DNA of 64,000 nucleotides, taken from positions 1 through 64,000 of the forward strand of contig JAAILG010001529.1 in assembly GCA_012026655.1 (NCBI GenBank). Direction: 5' to 3'. Below the pieces are notes generated by a model. The model did not search any database and was not told where the DNA came from. It saw nothing but the letters and a program-made list of their open reading frames with translations. Shown here one piece after another: positions 1 to 12,598 of the stretch. This DNA comes from Hydrolagus affinis. Taxonomy: Eukaryota. Position 1 is the first letter of the stretch. Each line of letters opens with the position of its first letter. The position numbers were made by a program, and so were the translations under genes.

Positions 1-130
1 AGCCTCGAGGTGATGTACGTGTGCACAAGTGTTTCGGCAGCGCGGGGGGTAAGATAGTTGCGGAGCCTGGCAATATTGCGCAGGTGGAAATAAGCGGTGC
101 CGGTCAAGGCACGGATGTGGGGGAGGAAGG
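1..130 (-). mobile_element. L2-like LINE fragment
   Basis: GGAGCCTGGCAATATTGCGCAGGTGGAAA matches the L2 segment at 28354-28410. Confidence 0.65.
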
Positions 131-228
131 AGAGTTTTTGATGCAACCTAGAAAAAGAAAGCAAATCGTCTGGACATGCTCTGTAATACCACCCAGGCTA
201 GTAGTCAGGTTACGTTTCAATTACTTAC

Positions 229-320
229 TTGCAGTCATGACCCTTGTGACATACTCTTGCACACTCCGTGCAGCAGCACAGAGATTCCAGCAATCCACAG
301 GTCCTACATTCAAATATATC
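229..320 (-). CDS. UBR5: UBR5 exon 28 (UBR-box zinc finger)
   Basis: [31 protein letters not shown]; TAG acceptor, GTAAGT donor. Confidence 0.97.
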
Positions 321-1870
321 CTAAGCAAAAGCCAACAAAAATATTTCAGTTGTCATCCATTGTGGCTTTTTTTTAGAAAAAGTTTCAACTGCCACATATT
401 TATAGATACAGCCATTCAAAGGGAAAACCATTGCTATTTGAAGAGGAAGCGTGTAAATCATATTGAAGCCAACTATCATCCTAAACTTACTGAATACAAG
501 ATTTCCCACGATATACCTGCACCTTTTCGTAAACACGTAAAAGTGAGACATAATTAAGATAGTACTTCAATTTAATGTATTCCAAAGCGTTTATGGATTA
601 AGTGCAGAATGTCATGGCAAAATGCTAAACAAATCTAACCAGAAGTAAGGCACTTGTTTTGAGACAACAAATCGAGCAGCAAAGTCATAATATATGAGAT
701 GTGGATACAAAACTGGTGTTGAGAATAAGTAATGGTGCATTTCAGAAAATAGTGTAAAGCAACCTACAGTTGTACTAATTATCCCTTGAAAAGTCTTCAA
801 AGATTAGGGTGAGCTGGTTTAGGCAGGATAATTAAAATTGGATAGGCCTAGTAGCACTGCTAGATCTGATTTACTGTGTTCATTAACCAACTTCTTAATG
901 TGTGAGAATCCACCTATATTGATATGTAGAGAGGTAAGCACACTCTCTGCATTCCAGATTGTCACCAATGCCATAATCTTGCGCAATGCATATAGCTCTA
1001 ACATTGCTGTGGGCCACTACATTCACCATGTGAAGGACGTCCTACACATTGTAATCAACCATTTTTTCCACACTATGTTAATGCACTTTTGAGATACTGC
1101 ACCCATGTTACCACATTTTAACAGAGTTGTCCTCCAGTGCCGTGCATTCCAGTCCATGGAATATGTTCCAGAGAAGTTGGGGACTTTGAGCTCACAGTCT
1201 ACACTGTGCAGGGGGAGCTCCTTTGAAACGCTTTTGAGATATTCTGTCAACTTGATAAGGCTCAATATCAAATGCAGGGATTATTGCATAGAATCTAACC
1301 TATGCTGTCAATAAACCAAGCATGAAATTTATTACTAAAAAGAAAATTCGAAGTTGATACTGGGCATATGTTGATAATGTGTCAAACGTTTTTAAGTAGC
1401 TATTTTTACCGCCCAAAAATGCATCATTAAAACTAGTTAACCAAAATAAGAACTAAATGAAATGGTGAAAAAAATATTGCCCTCAATGGCAAGAGAGACA
1501 GTAACAAGTAATACTGTATGGAAGATTTAAATGCAGAAAAGAATGGGGAGAAATGAAGATCCACTAACAAACAGTTTTCAATCTTCCAGTAATTTCTCTC
1601 TCACTTGGGCAACAGCCCTCCATTTTCTTTGAGCATTGATTTTCTTTCAGACGTTTAAATAATCAATATGCTTAAGGGGTAAGAGTGCAGTATGATCAAA
1701 TCATGTACCTGAAGGTGCAGTCTAATCAATGTGGCTGAATACTTTTTCTGAGAAACCATTACTTCAAACAGTAGCAAACAGCTAAATACATAAAGCATAC
1801 TGAACATTTCTGGGCTTGGACATGTACTTGAATATCAATTTGAATGAACTGGATTCACATTCTGACATAC

Positions 1871-2016
1871 CTGATTAATATGCTCTGCCCCAGTCCATGT
1901 AAAACTGCAGGTATCATTGCAGCACAAGACATACAGTGGAGAGTCATCTGGATTAGTGCCAGGTGGACAAATCATACTCATGAATACATCCTCTTCCTTT
2001 TCACCAGAAATATCAC
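1871..2016 (-). CDS. UBR5: UBR5 exon 27 (start of UBR-box zinc finger)
   Basis: [48 protein letters not shown]; CAG acceptor, GTATG donor. Confidence 0.97.
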
Positions 2017-2589
2017 CTGGTGGGAAATAGTCATTTAATTTAAGAATAAATAAATGCTAAACAAAGAAAGTTACACGGTAAACATTATCAACAATAGGGT
2101 TAATGGTCAAGATTTTTTTTTAAAAAAACCTTAGTTTTAGGAATACAAATTCACAGCCCAAACTTTTGAGTAAATGGTTTCATCCTTGACCCAAATGAGG
2201 TTGCTGAGGCCATGCCACAGAACCTGTACTACTAGCAGAAAACAATGGCACAGGCTGTAAAATGAAATTATTGCCTGTAGCACAAAGAGGTAGCACGTAA
2301 TCTGCTACCAGGTCTCCTTTAATTATTAGCTACTTGGTCGTGCACAAATTCCTGGGATGGACGAGTCCGACAATTTGATATGTCTTCATTCTCCAAAACA
2401 AAACTAGGAAGACAGTGAAGTGTTCAAAGGAGAAGAAGCGGGAGTAATAGCCGGAGGGGAATGAGAACGCTGGAGGAGCTGGAATTGGTGCCTTAAGGTA
2501 TTTTGTCAGCATCTGGAGGAAGACGCCTGGCAAACCGGGAAATGAGAAATCAGGCAAGCTCTGAAGATCAGACTGCTGTCATAGCCAAA

Positions 2590-3098
2590 AGCATCCTTGC
2601 CCGTCTCCATTGGCTCCCCATCACGGAGAGGATCCAATTCAAGATACTAGTCCTCACATTCAAAGCCCTCCATGGCCTTGCCCCTCCCTACATCCGCGAC
2701 ATCCAAATCCTCTACCAACCTGCCCATCCCCTCCGCTCAGCAGGCCTGTTCCATGTCTGTTCCTGTTCCATGCCTGTTCCGGCCTGTTCCATGTCCCTCA
2801 ACCCACCCGCCCCATCATTGGTGGGTGAGCCTTTGTCCACTTTGCTCCCAACCTCTAGAACTCCATCCCGCAGTTCCTTCGCCTTGCCCCCTCCCTGGCT
2901 TCCTTCAAGTCCTGCCTCAAAACCCTCCTCTTCAACGGTCCCATCGGTCACACCAAATTCCCCACCCACCCCCCGTCCCCCACCTTTCCTCTACCCTCCC
3001 AGTCCCCAGCTCATGTCTGAAACAATGACTGTCCAGCGCCTTCGGACGTCCTCCTGACATGAAAGGCGCTATACAAGTGTAATTTTTTTGTTGTTGTC
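2590..3098 (+). mobile_element. L2-clade LINE 3' fragment
   Basis: ORF2 C-terminus LHWLPITERIQFKILVLTFKALHGLAPPY; 3' tail GGACGTCCTCCTGACATGAAAGGCGCTATACAAGTGTAATTTTTTTGTTGTTG. Confidence 0.9.
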
Positions 3099-3143
3099 AG
3101 GAAACACTTCATTATTCTGTGCATGATTCTCAAAAACGTTCAC

Positions 3144-3241
3144 CTTTTGCTATCTTCTGTGCAGTTTCCAGAATGGTAATTGCTGCAGGATAAGCTCTCC
3201 CACCAACACCCAACATAAATGGAGTCATTCCTCTTGCATCC
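3144..3241 (-). CDS. UBR5: UBR5 exon 26
   Basis: DARGMTPFMLGVGGRAYPAAITILETAQKIAK; CAG acceptor, GTGAA donor. Confidence 0.96.
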
Positions 3242-3764
3242 CTGAAAATATAAAAATGTAGTCACTGTACTTTATAGTGTGCTTTATACTCCTGTGAGAC
3301 ATCCTCCCAATGTGTAAGGGATTATGTGAAATGTAAAGATTTTGTTAATGTTAAGTTTTTTTTAAATTTACAAACTATATACGTCACACAAGTTTAGTAC
3401 TTCCTTCAGACCATATCCTACTTTAAACAAACATCTGTGCAAGGTAACATTCTCTAGAATTCTCTAGAATGTTACCTGAGATGAGGTATTAACTATGTTG
3501 GAAAAGGCTAGAAACCAAAACATTTCAAAGGCACAGTTTGAAAAAAATTTTCAAAACATTTCTGTCCATCATGTCTGCCCCATTGCAATCCATTGTTCTG
3601 TTACTTTTAAAAAAAATAATCCCATCTACCAGCTCTCTCTTAGCATATCACATATGTTTACTGTTCAGATGCTTAACCAAATTATTTTGGAATCATTCTA
3701 TTGCTGCAACTTCAATAGTCATTTGTAATGATTTCCAATCCTCAACCTCCTGTGTTCCACTGTG

Positions 3765-4598
3765 TTTAGACTATGGAAACTCCCTCCTTATCGTCCATCC
3801 CCGCTTTTCCTTTCACAAGCTACAAATCAACCAGAACGCTGCAGCTCGTCTCCTCTCTTGCACGAAGCGCCACGAGCCCATCATTCCCATCCTTGCCCGG
3901 CTCCATTGACTCCCCATCCCCCAGAGGATCGAATTCAAGATCCTCTTCCTCACTGTCAAGGCCATTCACGGCCTTGCCCCCTTCTACCTCTCCGACCTAC
4001 TGTCTCCCTATGAGCCTACCCGCCCCCTCCATTCAGTGGTCTCCGGTCTGCTCCATGTCCCCTACCCGACCTGCACTACCATCAGTGGACAGGCTTTTAG
4101 CCTCTCTGCCCCCAAACTTTGGCCTTCTCCATGTCCCACATGCCCTCCATTCCACCAATGATGGCTGCACTTTCGGTCACTATGTCCCAAAAATCTGGAA
4201 CACTCTTCCTATATCCTTCCTTGCACCTCCCTTTCCCACCTTCAAACTCAGCCCTAAAAAAATCACGTTTCAATGTATGTATGTCCATAATACAGCCTAC
4301 TTTAAACTACATAAGCTTTTTCTTTAAAGATCAGTTAATCAACCTCTGCAGTCGTTACAATGACTACTGCTTTCTTCTCCATCTCAGTCGCTTCGCCTTG
4401 CTTCCTTCCTCCCTTGCCTCCTTCAAGGCCAGTCTCAAGACCCTCCTCTTCGATTGTGCCTTCTGCTGCCCTCCCAACTCTCTACCTCCCCTTCTAACTC
4501 TCTCCCTCCTCTCGCCCTTGCGCAGGTCCCAACCCGACTGCACAGAGCCTTGGGACATCCTCCCAATGTGACAGGCGCTCTATAAATGTAATTTTGTT
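3765..4598 (+). mobile_element. L2-clade LINE 3' fragment, interrupted by a ~256-bp insert (4123-4378)
   Basis: LDYGNSLL...LQINQNAAARLL...ILARLH motifs and an L2 tail at 4545-4598; L2 colinearity breaks at 4122 and resumes at 4379. Confidence 0.85.
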
Positions 4599-4982
4599 CC
4601 ACTGAAAAAAAAGTCAGCTTTTAATTTTCTCAATATCTATGAACAAGGATGCTATCCATTTATGAATATGGTGCAATCAAGTACCATTAAATTAACCAAT
4701 CACCTCTAACTGATGAGAAATCTTAATAGAAACAGCTCTGTGATTGCATATTACCTTTCTACTCTGATCAACTAAGCATGAGATGGGAACTGATTAAAAT
4801 CACAATGCCCAAATTGTAAATATAATTTCCACAAAACTATGATCACAAATCAAAATCCTAATGTGCTGATTAAGAGGAGATACAAGTACAGTACAAACTA
4901 GTCCATTTTCCAAGTAACTGCAGTGACATTTTGGGGCTATTCATGCCTATGCCACAAATAGCACCATGTGCTATTTACTTAC

Positions 4983-5106
4983 TTGGCTGAGAGCAATTCT
5001 CGAAGATAAGGTCGCAGTACCACACTTTCACAAAGTAATTTTAAGATTAGATAAGCATTTGCTTTTCTATCCTTTGATTCCACTACAGGCGGATCAGCTG
5101 AAGGAC
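4983..5106 (-). CDS. UBR5: UBR5 exon 25
   Basis: PSADPPVVESKDRKANAYLILKLLCESVVLRPYLRELLSAK; CAG acceptor, GTAAGT donor. Confidence 0.97.
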
Positions 5107-6335
5107 CTGAAAAATACCATATGAAAAGTAGAAAGTGAACATTTAAATAGATCTTTCCCAAAAGATATTAATAATATATCATGTTTATATTCATCTCTAT
5201 TCATTGCAATTTGACCATAATGATTTACAGTAGAAACTTCGAACTCATAACCCAGCTCTAATAATAATCCTATTATTATAAATGCAAGCTATATTGCAAA
5301 TGTAATTCAAACCTACAAGAAACAGCTTCTCTTGCATTGGTTGTGTAATGTCTGTACATTTCCATGTGGGCAGTGCAGGTAGCATAACATTACAGCATTA
5401 GCAAACTGTGTTTAAATGTATTACAAGTCTGGTATTACTGGCCTGAGCCATCCAGTGCAAGTTTTGAATATCAAACCATACAGGGAAAGAAAAGCTAAAA
5501 TGTTTCCGGCATAGAGAAGCCTCAAGATACCTCATATCTAGTGATAGTAAGCTTAATAATGATACCGGGATAGGTTTGAAAACTGGTTACCTTTCATTTC
5601 TCTTGGGATACAAAGAATGTGTGGTCAGGAAGACTAGGAGGAGGCAGGAAAGAGGGAAATATGTTACATAGCCTCCTTTTGGAGCACCAAACATTTTCTG
5701 GAACCATATGTCTGGAACTGACATGATCAACAGCTAGAATACTGACCAAGTTTGTCTTCAAATCCAAAATATTGTATAGTCTCCTAAAAGGCTAATATTT
5801 TATTAAATAAAGGATGAACTTTATGCACTACTCCCAATGCCCCATTCCTCTTACTTTTTAAGTCACTGAAAAGGAGCAAATAAATACAACAACAACTTGC
5901 ACTTATATAGCGCCCTCCATGCTTGGTAGCGTCTCAGAGCACTTAAAATAATTCAATGTTGATAAAATTGCAATAATGTCAACTCAAAAGGATATACATT
6001 TATCAGGAATTTACTCAAAGGACCTGAAACAGAAAAAGAACTATGGCATAAAACCAGAATAAAGCTATGTATGGAGAGCAGTGAACCAATGTTCACATGG
6101 CTTCTGTGAACTGCTAAAACTCAGTGCTCCGGTTTCCCCTCCTGACGATTTATTTACTTACATGCAGAAATTCGATGAATGAGCTGAGACTCTCACTGAA
6201 CATTCCAAATCACGCCAAATTATATTAAAATATGCTTTGGTAATTCGGGTTAAATTAGAGATTAAAACAGTTTATGCAACATGCAACAGAAGAAGAAATT
6301 TACAGTTGCAGCATGAGATTAGCTCAATTCCTCAC

Positions 6336-6431
6336 CAGGTATAGTAGATGTGCTGGGTCCTTGTCCAGTACCGGATGCAGCTGTGGTAAGAGATCCCACC
6401 GCAGGTGCCAGGATAAAATCAATATCACCGT
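6336..6431 (-). CDS. UBR5: UBR5 exon 24
   Basis: DGDIDFILAPAVGSLTTAASGTGQGPSTSTIPG; AAG acceptor, GTGAG donor. Confidence 0.96.
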
Positions 6432-7931
6432 CTTTCAGTAAACAGAATATTCATCAATGCAAAGAACAACTGTATATCACAAGATAAAACTCCCTTGTTG
6501 GACTCCATACAACACAAACTCACTCAGTCTCGGGTGGTAAATTTTAATGCAGCACTTCAACTCAAGCCCTAAAACTAGTGTTCTGGAACAGAAGACACCA
6601 ATGCTCGAGGTTAAGAGAAAGCTGAAGGAAAGAGGAAAGCAGACACTAATAAGGCGTACCTGGAAGGTTAGACTAGTAGGGCCAGCAGTAGAGATCAAAT
6701 TGCTATCAAATTCTAATTAGGGTTACTTCAAGGAAAGCAATAGAATAATATTTGGAGTTTGCTGAAGACCACACTAGGCCAAAGTAATAAGAATGCCTTG
6801 TCACACTGATATTGGAAATGTTTATGAAGGAGAGTAGTCCTGTTTGGGTGGTGGGGGCGTAAAGTGAAGGAGAGAACCAACATAAATTGGGAATACACCA
6901 GTGGGAAAGACCAGCTCAACAACAAACTTTCTTAATCAGTGAGTCAGGGAGTCCAACAAGGGGCAGATCCCCCCACATGTTAAAGAATTCACATTCATTC
7001 ATACTATCTGTGCATTATCTGCAACAAGCTATTCACTTTGCTAACTATGAGTGTTGTAGACACTCACTGGAAAAGGACACAAGCTCGATGTACAAATCCT
7101 GAAACGGTTAACAACAACATAATTACATTTCTAGAGTGCCTTTCACATCGAGAGGACGTCCCAAGGTGCTGAAAAGCATCAATTTAACTGCATCAATTTA
7201 ACTGAACAGAACCACTCAGGGATGAACTGACATGATCAACAGCTAGAATGCTAACCAAGAAGGGAAGATTGATCTTGGATATTATTATTAGGTATCGAAG
7301 AAACTAACATTGAAGAAACTGGCTGATTCTGATTTAATGTGGAGGACAGCATTTGGTATTTTGGAAAGATGAAAGCAAATGACCTGAAGGCCATGTTCGT
7401 CTGATGCTATGATCATGTTGACCAATGAAATTATGGTGATGATAAATACATTGGTTCCAATACCAAACCTCCTCCTCAACATTGGCAGATGCAGAAGAAA
7501 GTGGTAGCATCTATTATCCACAGACACATTATCTCCAGGCTACAGCCCTAGTGGAAAAAGTTGAGACGTTTCTCAAAGTTGAAAACTAAAATCTTTTGAG
7601 GTTTTTTGGGATGATTCAGTCAATGAGAAGGTCAAAACTGGAGTCAGCCTGTACTTTAATGACTGTCGCTGTTTGCTTGTGTATCTAAATAGGATTTGCA
7701 TGCAATTAAATATTTAGGTAATCAAGACAACTGAAGCGGCAAATATGAGGAAACAGCATTATATACTTTAATTTGTCTATGCACACTGAAATTCCACAAA
7801 TCTATTAGAATTTGAAGGATGATCTACTTTTAATGGGAAAATTGGAAGTAAAGTTCTTATTCTTCTATGCTAAGATTAGCCAGCATCGATATAATATCCT
7901 GTAAATCATTTTTCTGTGAACTAAGAGTTAC

Positions 7932-8083
7932 CTGGATCAATTGCAGGTGGATCTGGTGCCCAGCTAAGCGGGGCAATGGGAGGAGATACTGGATCCTGAT
8001 GGTCAGTGGATGAAGCACCTGATTCATGTCGTCCCAAGCCGGCAGCTCGAAGTGAGCGTCTCATCATTTCACGCAATCGTAAA
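7932..8083 (-). CDS. UBR5: UBR5 exon 23
   Basis: SLRLREMMRRSLRAAGLGRHESGASSTDHQDPVSPPIAPLSWAPDPPAIDP; AAG acceptor, GTAAC donor. Confidence 0.96.
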
Positions 8084-8233
8084 CTTGGAAGAGAAATATA
8101 TATAAGACATGACATTTCAAAGAAAAGATAGCCAATGTCAAGCATTCCTCAGTTTGAAGCAATTAATAGTTACATTTACACTGGGCACCCAACAGCAGAA
8201 CAGAATAATCCTTATGGACGTACTTAGACCTAC

Positions 8234-8360
8234 CTCCTACTGCTAGATGGTCCAGTCCTATTTCCACTGTTGTTACTTGACACGACCGAGATGGCATTTG
8301 CAATGGCCTCAACTGCGGATAACCTCTCTGCAAACGTATTCCTCTCAGAGCGCTCTGCTT
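8234..8360 (-). CDS. UBR5: UBR5 exon 22
   Basis: EAERSERNTFAERLSAVEAIANAISVVSSNNSGNRTGPSSSR; CAG acceptor, GTAGG donor. Confidence 0.96.
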
Positions 8361-8399
8361 CTGTGGGACAGAAATACTTAAGTCACTAGCTCTTCACAG

Positions 8400-9083
8400 C
8401 AAAAGCATTTCTTCAAACAGTTTCCCCTCTCACTCCCACCCGGTCACCTGTAGTGTACCCCAGAGCTCCGTCCTCGGACTTCCTCTTGTTCATCTATATG
8501 CTCCTCTTGGTAATGTCATCAACAGACAGAAACGTCCACATGTATGTGGATGACACACAAATCTACTTCTCTAGCTCTACTCCACGTCTACAGACGTTCT
8601 ATCGGATTGTCGGGCGGATATGGGTCCTGGATGACCACATACTTCTTACAACTAAATGTTGACAAGATGGAAGCCATACTCCTTGTTTTTTTTGTCCTGC
8701 AGCTCTGACCTCAACTTCCTGGGCCTATCCCTCAAGACTCACTGATCCAGTGCATAACCTAGGGGTGTTAACTTACTACCTGCTGCCTCTGCCCAACTGT
8801 CTCTGACCTTCTCCATGTCCCTTGTGTCCTCCATTCCACCAATGAGAGCTGCAGTCACTATGCCCCGAAACTCTGGAACACTCTTCCTCTATTCTTCCAT
8901 CTTGCCCCTTCCTTTCCCACCTTCAGGTTGCATCTGAAGACCTTCCTCTTCTACCACGCCTATGGTCACCTCCCCTTCCCACCCCGGCTCAATGTTGTGA
9001 GGCTGCCTTGGCAGGCTGCTACTGCCAAGCGCTTGGGGATGTTACGCTGCGTGAGGGGCGCTATATAAATGCAAGTTGTTGTT
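8400..9083 (+). mobile_element. Degraded L2 LINE
   Basis: HMYVDDTQIY (YADD-like) remnant; 3' tail GGCGCTATATAAATGCAAGTTGTTGTT. Confidence 0.8.
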
Positions 9084-9350
9084 ATAAAAGGAACAAAGCA
9101 AGACAAGGCAAGACTCAAAATATAAGACTCTAAAAATATAGAAATAATTTCAGCAGTGCCAATTTCTTCACTCAAAGGCAGATTTATCTTTTCAAATCTT
9201 AAAAAAATTGTCTAATGGTACAATTATACATCTTCAACTACAAAATGGTCTGATCTGAACCATGCATGTATTACAAGAAGGTTAATATTTCTCTGAATGA
9301 TTCATTTCCACGCTAACCTCCTGTTTATACAATGCAGTTTCCAAACTCAC

Positions 9351-9561
9351 CTTCTTCCTCTTTTGTCTCTTTATTGCTTGTTGGGAAACAGACGGAAACA
9401 CAGGCATGCAAGACATTGCGATTGCCATCACATCGATTGTTCAGGAACATTTTGAGTGCTTGTGGGGTTTGTTCCAAAAGAACAGCCTGCTCAAGATTCA
9501 TCAAGTATTGCCTGGAGGCTTCATAATCGCATCTCAGTATGTGCTGCATTAATGCTTGCTT
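9351..9561 (-). CDS. UBR5: UBR5 exon 21
   Basis: KQALMQHILRCDYEASRQYLMNLEQAVLLEQ...CVSVCFPTSNKETKEEE; CAG acceptor, GTGAGT donor. Confidence 0.97.
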
Positions 9562-10699
9562 CTGTGAATGTTAAATAAATTTGAACCATTATTTGGAAAT
9601 TAGGAACAGTAGACACAAATGTAAAGATGTTTCGATCTGCCTTTATTAAACAATTTATCTTACAAATGAGATGTCACATTTCTAATATTACCTTACTCAT
9701 CACCAGATGTTTTTAATAGCTAAGATTGCATGGACCATAAGAATGTGATTCATATGATCACAACAGCATATCTGTAACAAAAGTCTGATCAATATGACTG
9801 CACTAAAGGACTGCAAGAAATGAAATATCAATGCCATTTGATTTTAAAACCCACAAGTTGAAAACCAAACCACAAAATGGAAATATCCTGAAATTATTCT
9901 CCATACATCAATGGAGACATTTCAGCCCATTATAGCATCGTAGAATGTTAAAAGCAAAGAAATAAGTCATAAGGATCATTATTTCTGTGTGGTGCCAGTG
10001 CCCCCAAAGGAGCAAATTACTTTAAACTCATTCATTGAAATGCTCCCCATAACATTTAATTTTATCGTTAAATATTTATCAAATTTAAATGTTATTGGCC
10101 CCGGCGACAGCCAGTTTTAGTGCAGCATTTGATATTCCATAATAATATTTCTTCTAACCTTCCCCTTGTCTCTTCTAATGATAAATCTCAATTTTATGGC
10201 CCCTTTCTTATAACAAACTCAGATTAGTGGAAATAATCTTCCTCTTGTTTTTCCAGAAATATAATGTGTTTGTTTTCCAAAATCAATCCTAAAATCAGTT
10301 TAATAATAGCAGTAATGTTTAAGACGACTACAACTGATTTAACACAGTTTCTGTCACCAGAGAAGTAAGGTTATCAAAGTGTCAACTAACAATCCCCCAG
10401 AAAAAAAGGTAGCCATCCACTTTGTGACTGTACACAAGAAATTATTTTTGCAGAAATTTTTGCACTTCTCCCAGTCTAAAAAATAAAGACACTCCACTCT
10501 ACAGCAAATGCCATTAACCCTTGTGAGACGTTTCAACAATGTGATGAGACTGTATCAACTGCAAAGATTATTATGTTACAAGGGACGGGCCCTGCTTACC
10601 CAGTTTAGGTACTGGATGGCAAGAGCCAATGCTTGGGAACCCTAGGGTGTATTCGATTCTATAATAAACAATCCTTGTGTTTGATATCAATCAAAACTC

Positions 10700-10992
10700 A
10701 CATTTATATAGTGCTTTTCATGTCTTTAAGATGTCTCAAACTGCTTCACAAAATATACTGTAAAGTGAATTGACTGTTCATTTGTGGGCAACATGCAGCA
10801 GCCAATTGTGCACGGAAGTGGCCCACAAACAGTCATGGAATGAGTGACCCAATTATTGTTTTTTTTTCCTTGAGGCATTATTATCAGATGTGTGGAGTAA
10901 GGAAACTTGCTCAAGGTTTTGCCCTACTGGGAATCGAACCCAGGGTTCTTGCTTGCGAGGTGAGTGCTCTAACCACTGAGCTACAGGACTTG
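10700..10992 (-). mobile_element. tRNA-derived SINE (chimaera SINE2-like)
   Basis: Reverse complement reads CCTGTAGCTCAGTGGTTAGAGCAC...GGTTCGATTCCC (A/B boxes), then AAGTTTCCTTACTCCACA and a LINE-like tail. Same family as 19850, 26541, 55789 and 59085. Confidence 0.85.
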
Positions 10993-11231
10993 GAACATTA
11001 TTTGCACATTCTAATCATCTAAAATCAAGGAACTTGCGACTGAGGCCACTGCCAAGCTTCCTGCTTATATAAACCAATGAAAAGACTTTGCATTTGCAAA
11101 ATTCAAAGTACTCTAATGATTGATTGTATTTGAAACTCAGCCCTAAGAAAACCATATTTCACTGTTTGTATATGCGCAACACAGCCTACTTTAAACTATA
11201 TAAGCTTTTCTTTAAAGATCAATTAACCAAC

Positions 11232-11429
11232 CTCTACAGTCATTACAATGACTGCTGCTTTCTTCTTAATAGATGAATTTGCAGGTAGGTTTGTCAAAGA
11301 ATGGATACCCATCCCGAGGCTAGTAATTGGTGGAAGATCTAACCAATCAGGATCTCGGATTCCACCCATACAATCTTTAGCCATTGGATAAATGGTGCCA
11401 TTTCCATCCCTGAGAACAATGGGGGATTC
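11232..11429 (-). CDS. UBR5: UBR5 exon 20
   Basis: ESPIVLRDGNGTIYPMAKDCMGGIRDPDWLDLPPITSLGMGIHSLTNLPANSSIKKKAAVIVMTVE; TAG acceptor, GTTGGT donor. Confidence 0.97.
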
Positions 11430-12443
11430 CTACAAAATACAAATGAAAGTTGACAGTCAGAAACACTAAATTGGTTTGATTTATTCAGATTAAATTGTCT
11501 GGTTTATAATTAATTACAAATGGACAATTCAAAAACCATTTCATTCCTGTTTTGTCTATCATAAAATAATCTGATATCATACAAGCAAATCTATCCTTAC
11601 GCACAGTAAATGACTTGAAAATGAATTGAAACCACTTGTTTCAACATAGAGTTTCCAGTTCCAAGACTACCCATTTCAAAATCCCAAGTTACTAGCTCAA
11701 AACCAGGTTGACGCTGAAATGACCCACAAACTGCAAGTTTTGGTTAATCAATAGAGTACCCTTGCCTTATATGTGCCTTTAACCCAAATAGAATTTACTT
11801 TTAACTCAGTTTTGCTAAGGGAAAATTTTAACTATGGAACATTCTACCTTAATGCCTCTGCCTTAGATCCCCTCTCCCTTTTTCAAGTACCGCCTGAAAA
11901 AACTTCCTTTGACTAGACTTACAGTCATCCCCCAGCTCGGAATGAGGCTCCGCTACGGTTAAGCGCTCCAAGGGGGAGAGGGACACAGGTTGTCCACCAG
12001 TGGCTTAGACACTTCAGTTAAATTAAATAGAACCAACCTACGGCTACTTTTGAGACTTGGAAAAAAAACAATACTATTAGCGACTTTTAAAACTAAACTT
12101 TACCTTAAAACTGAACAGAAACTCTGCATACTTATGAGATTAAGAACCTTATTCCACTACACTATTTTACAGAACAGAAAAAATAATGTTAATGCGAATA
12201 CCGTAAGAACTAATGTTTTGTACATTTAAGAGTACCATTCAAAATTCGGCAATACAAGTGCTAGATAACAACCCAAATAGCAGCCCAGGGTCATGGATTA
12301 ATGAAAATAATCCATGCCCCAAGCAATTTCCTCTCCTTGTTTACAACAACAAATAGTAATTGTACCAATAAAAATAAGCAATCAAAGAATTTACATAATG
12401 CAGAAATTCCAGGAAATATGACACATTAATCACTAGTGCATAC

Positions 12444-12598
12444 CTGACCAGCTGTGTAAATTGCCACATTGCGTTCATTTTGACCAAGAAAAGCAATACT
12501 GCTTGTGGGAAAATTATTCTCCTGTTCAGCTTTCCCCGTGGCTAGGTCAAAGATGCAATAACGAACCCAGTTGCCTGTCTTCAGAACAGTATGAACAC
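12444..12598 (-). CDS. UBR5: UBR5 exon 19
   Basis: VHTVLKTGNWVRYCIFDLATGKAEQENNFPTSSIAFLGQNERNVAIYTAGQ; TAG acceptor, GTATG donor. Confidence 0.97.

Noticed and set aside
21-557. 178-aa plus-strand ORF
   Set aside because: It is antisense to an L2 fragment and UBR5 exon 28, and resembles no protein family.
7288-7700. Purine-rich segment with a YGDD motif (possible endogenous viral RdRp)
   Set aside because: The frames examined contain multiple stops and no other polymerase motifs are recognisable. It would need a translated search and cannot be supported by eye.
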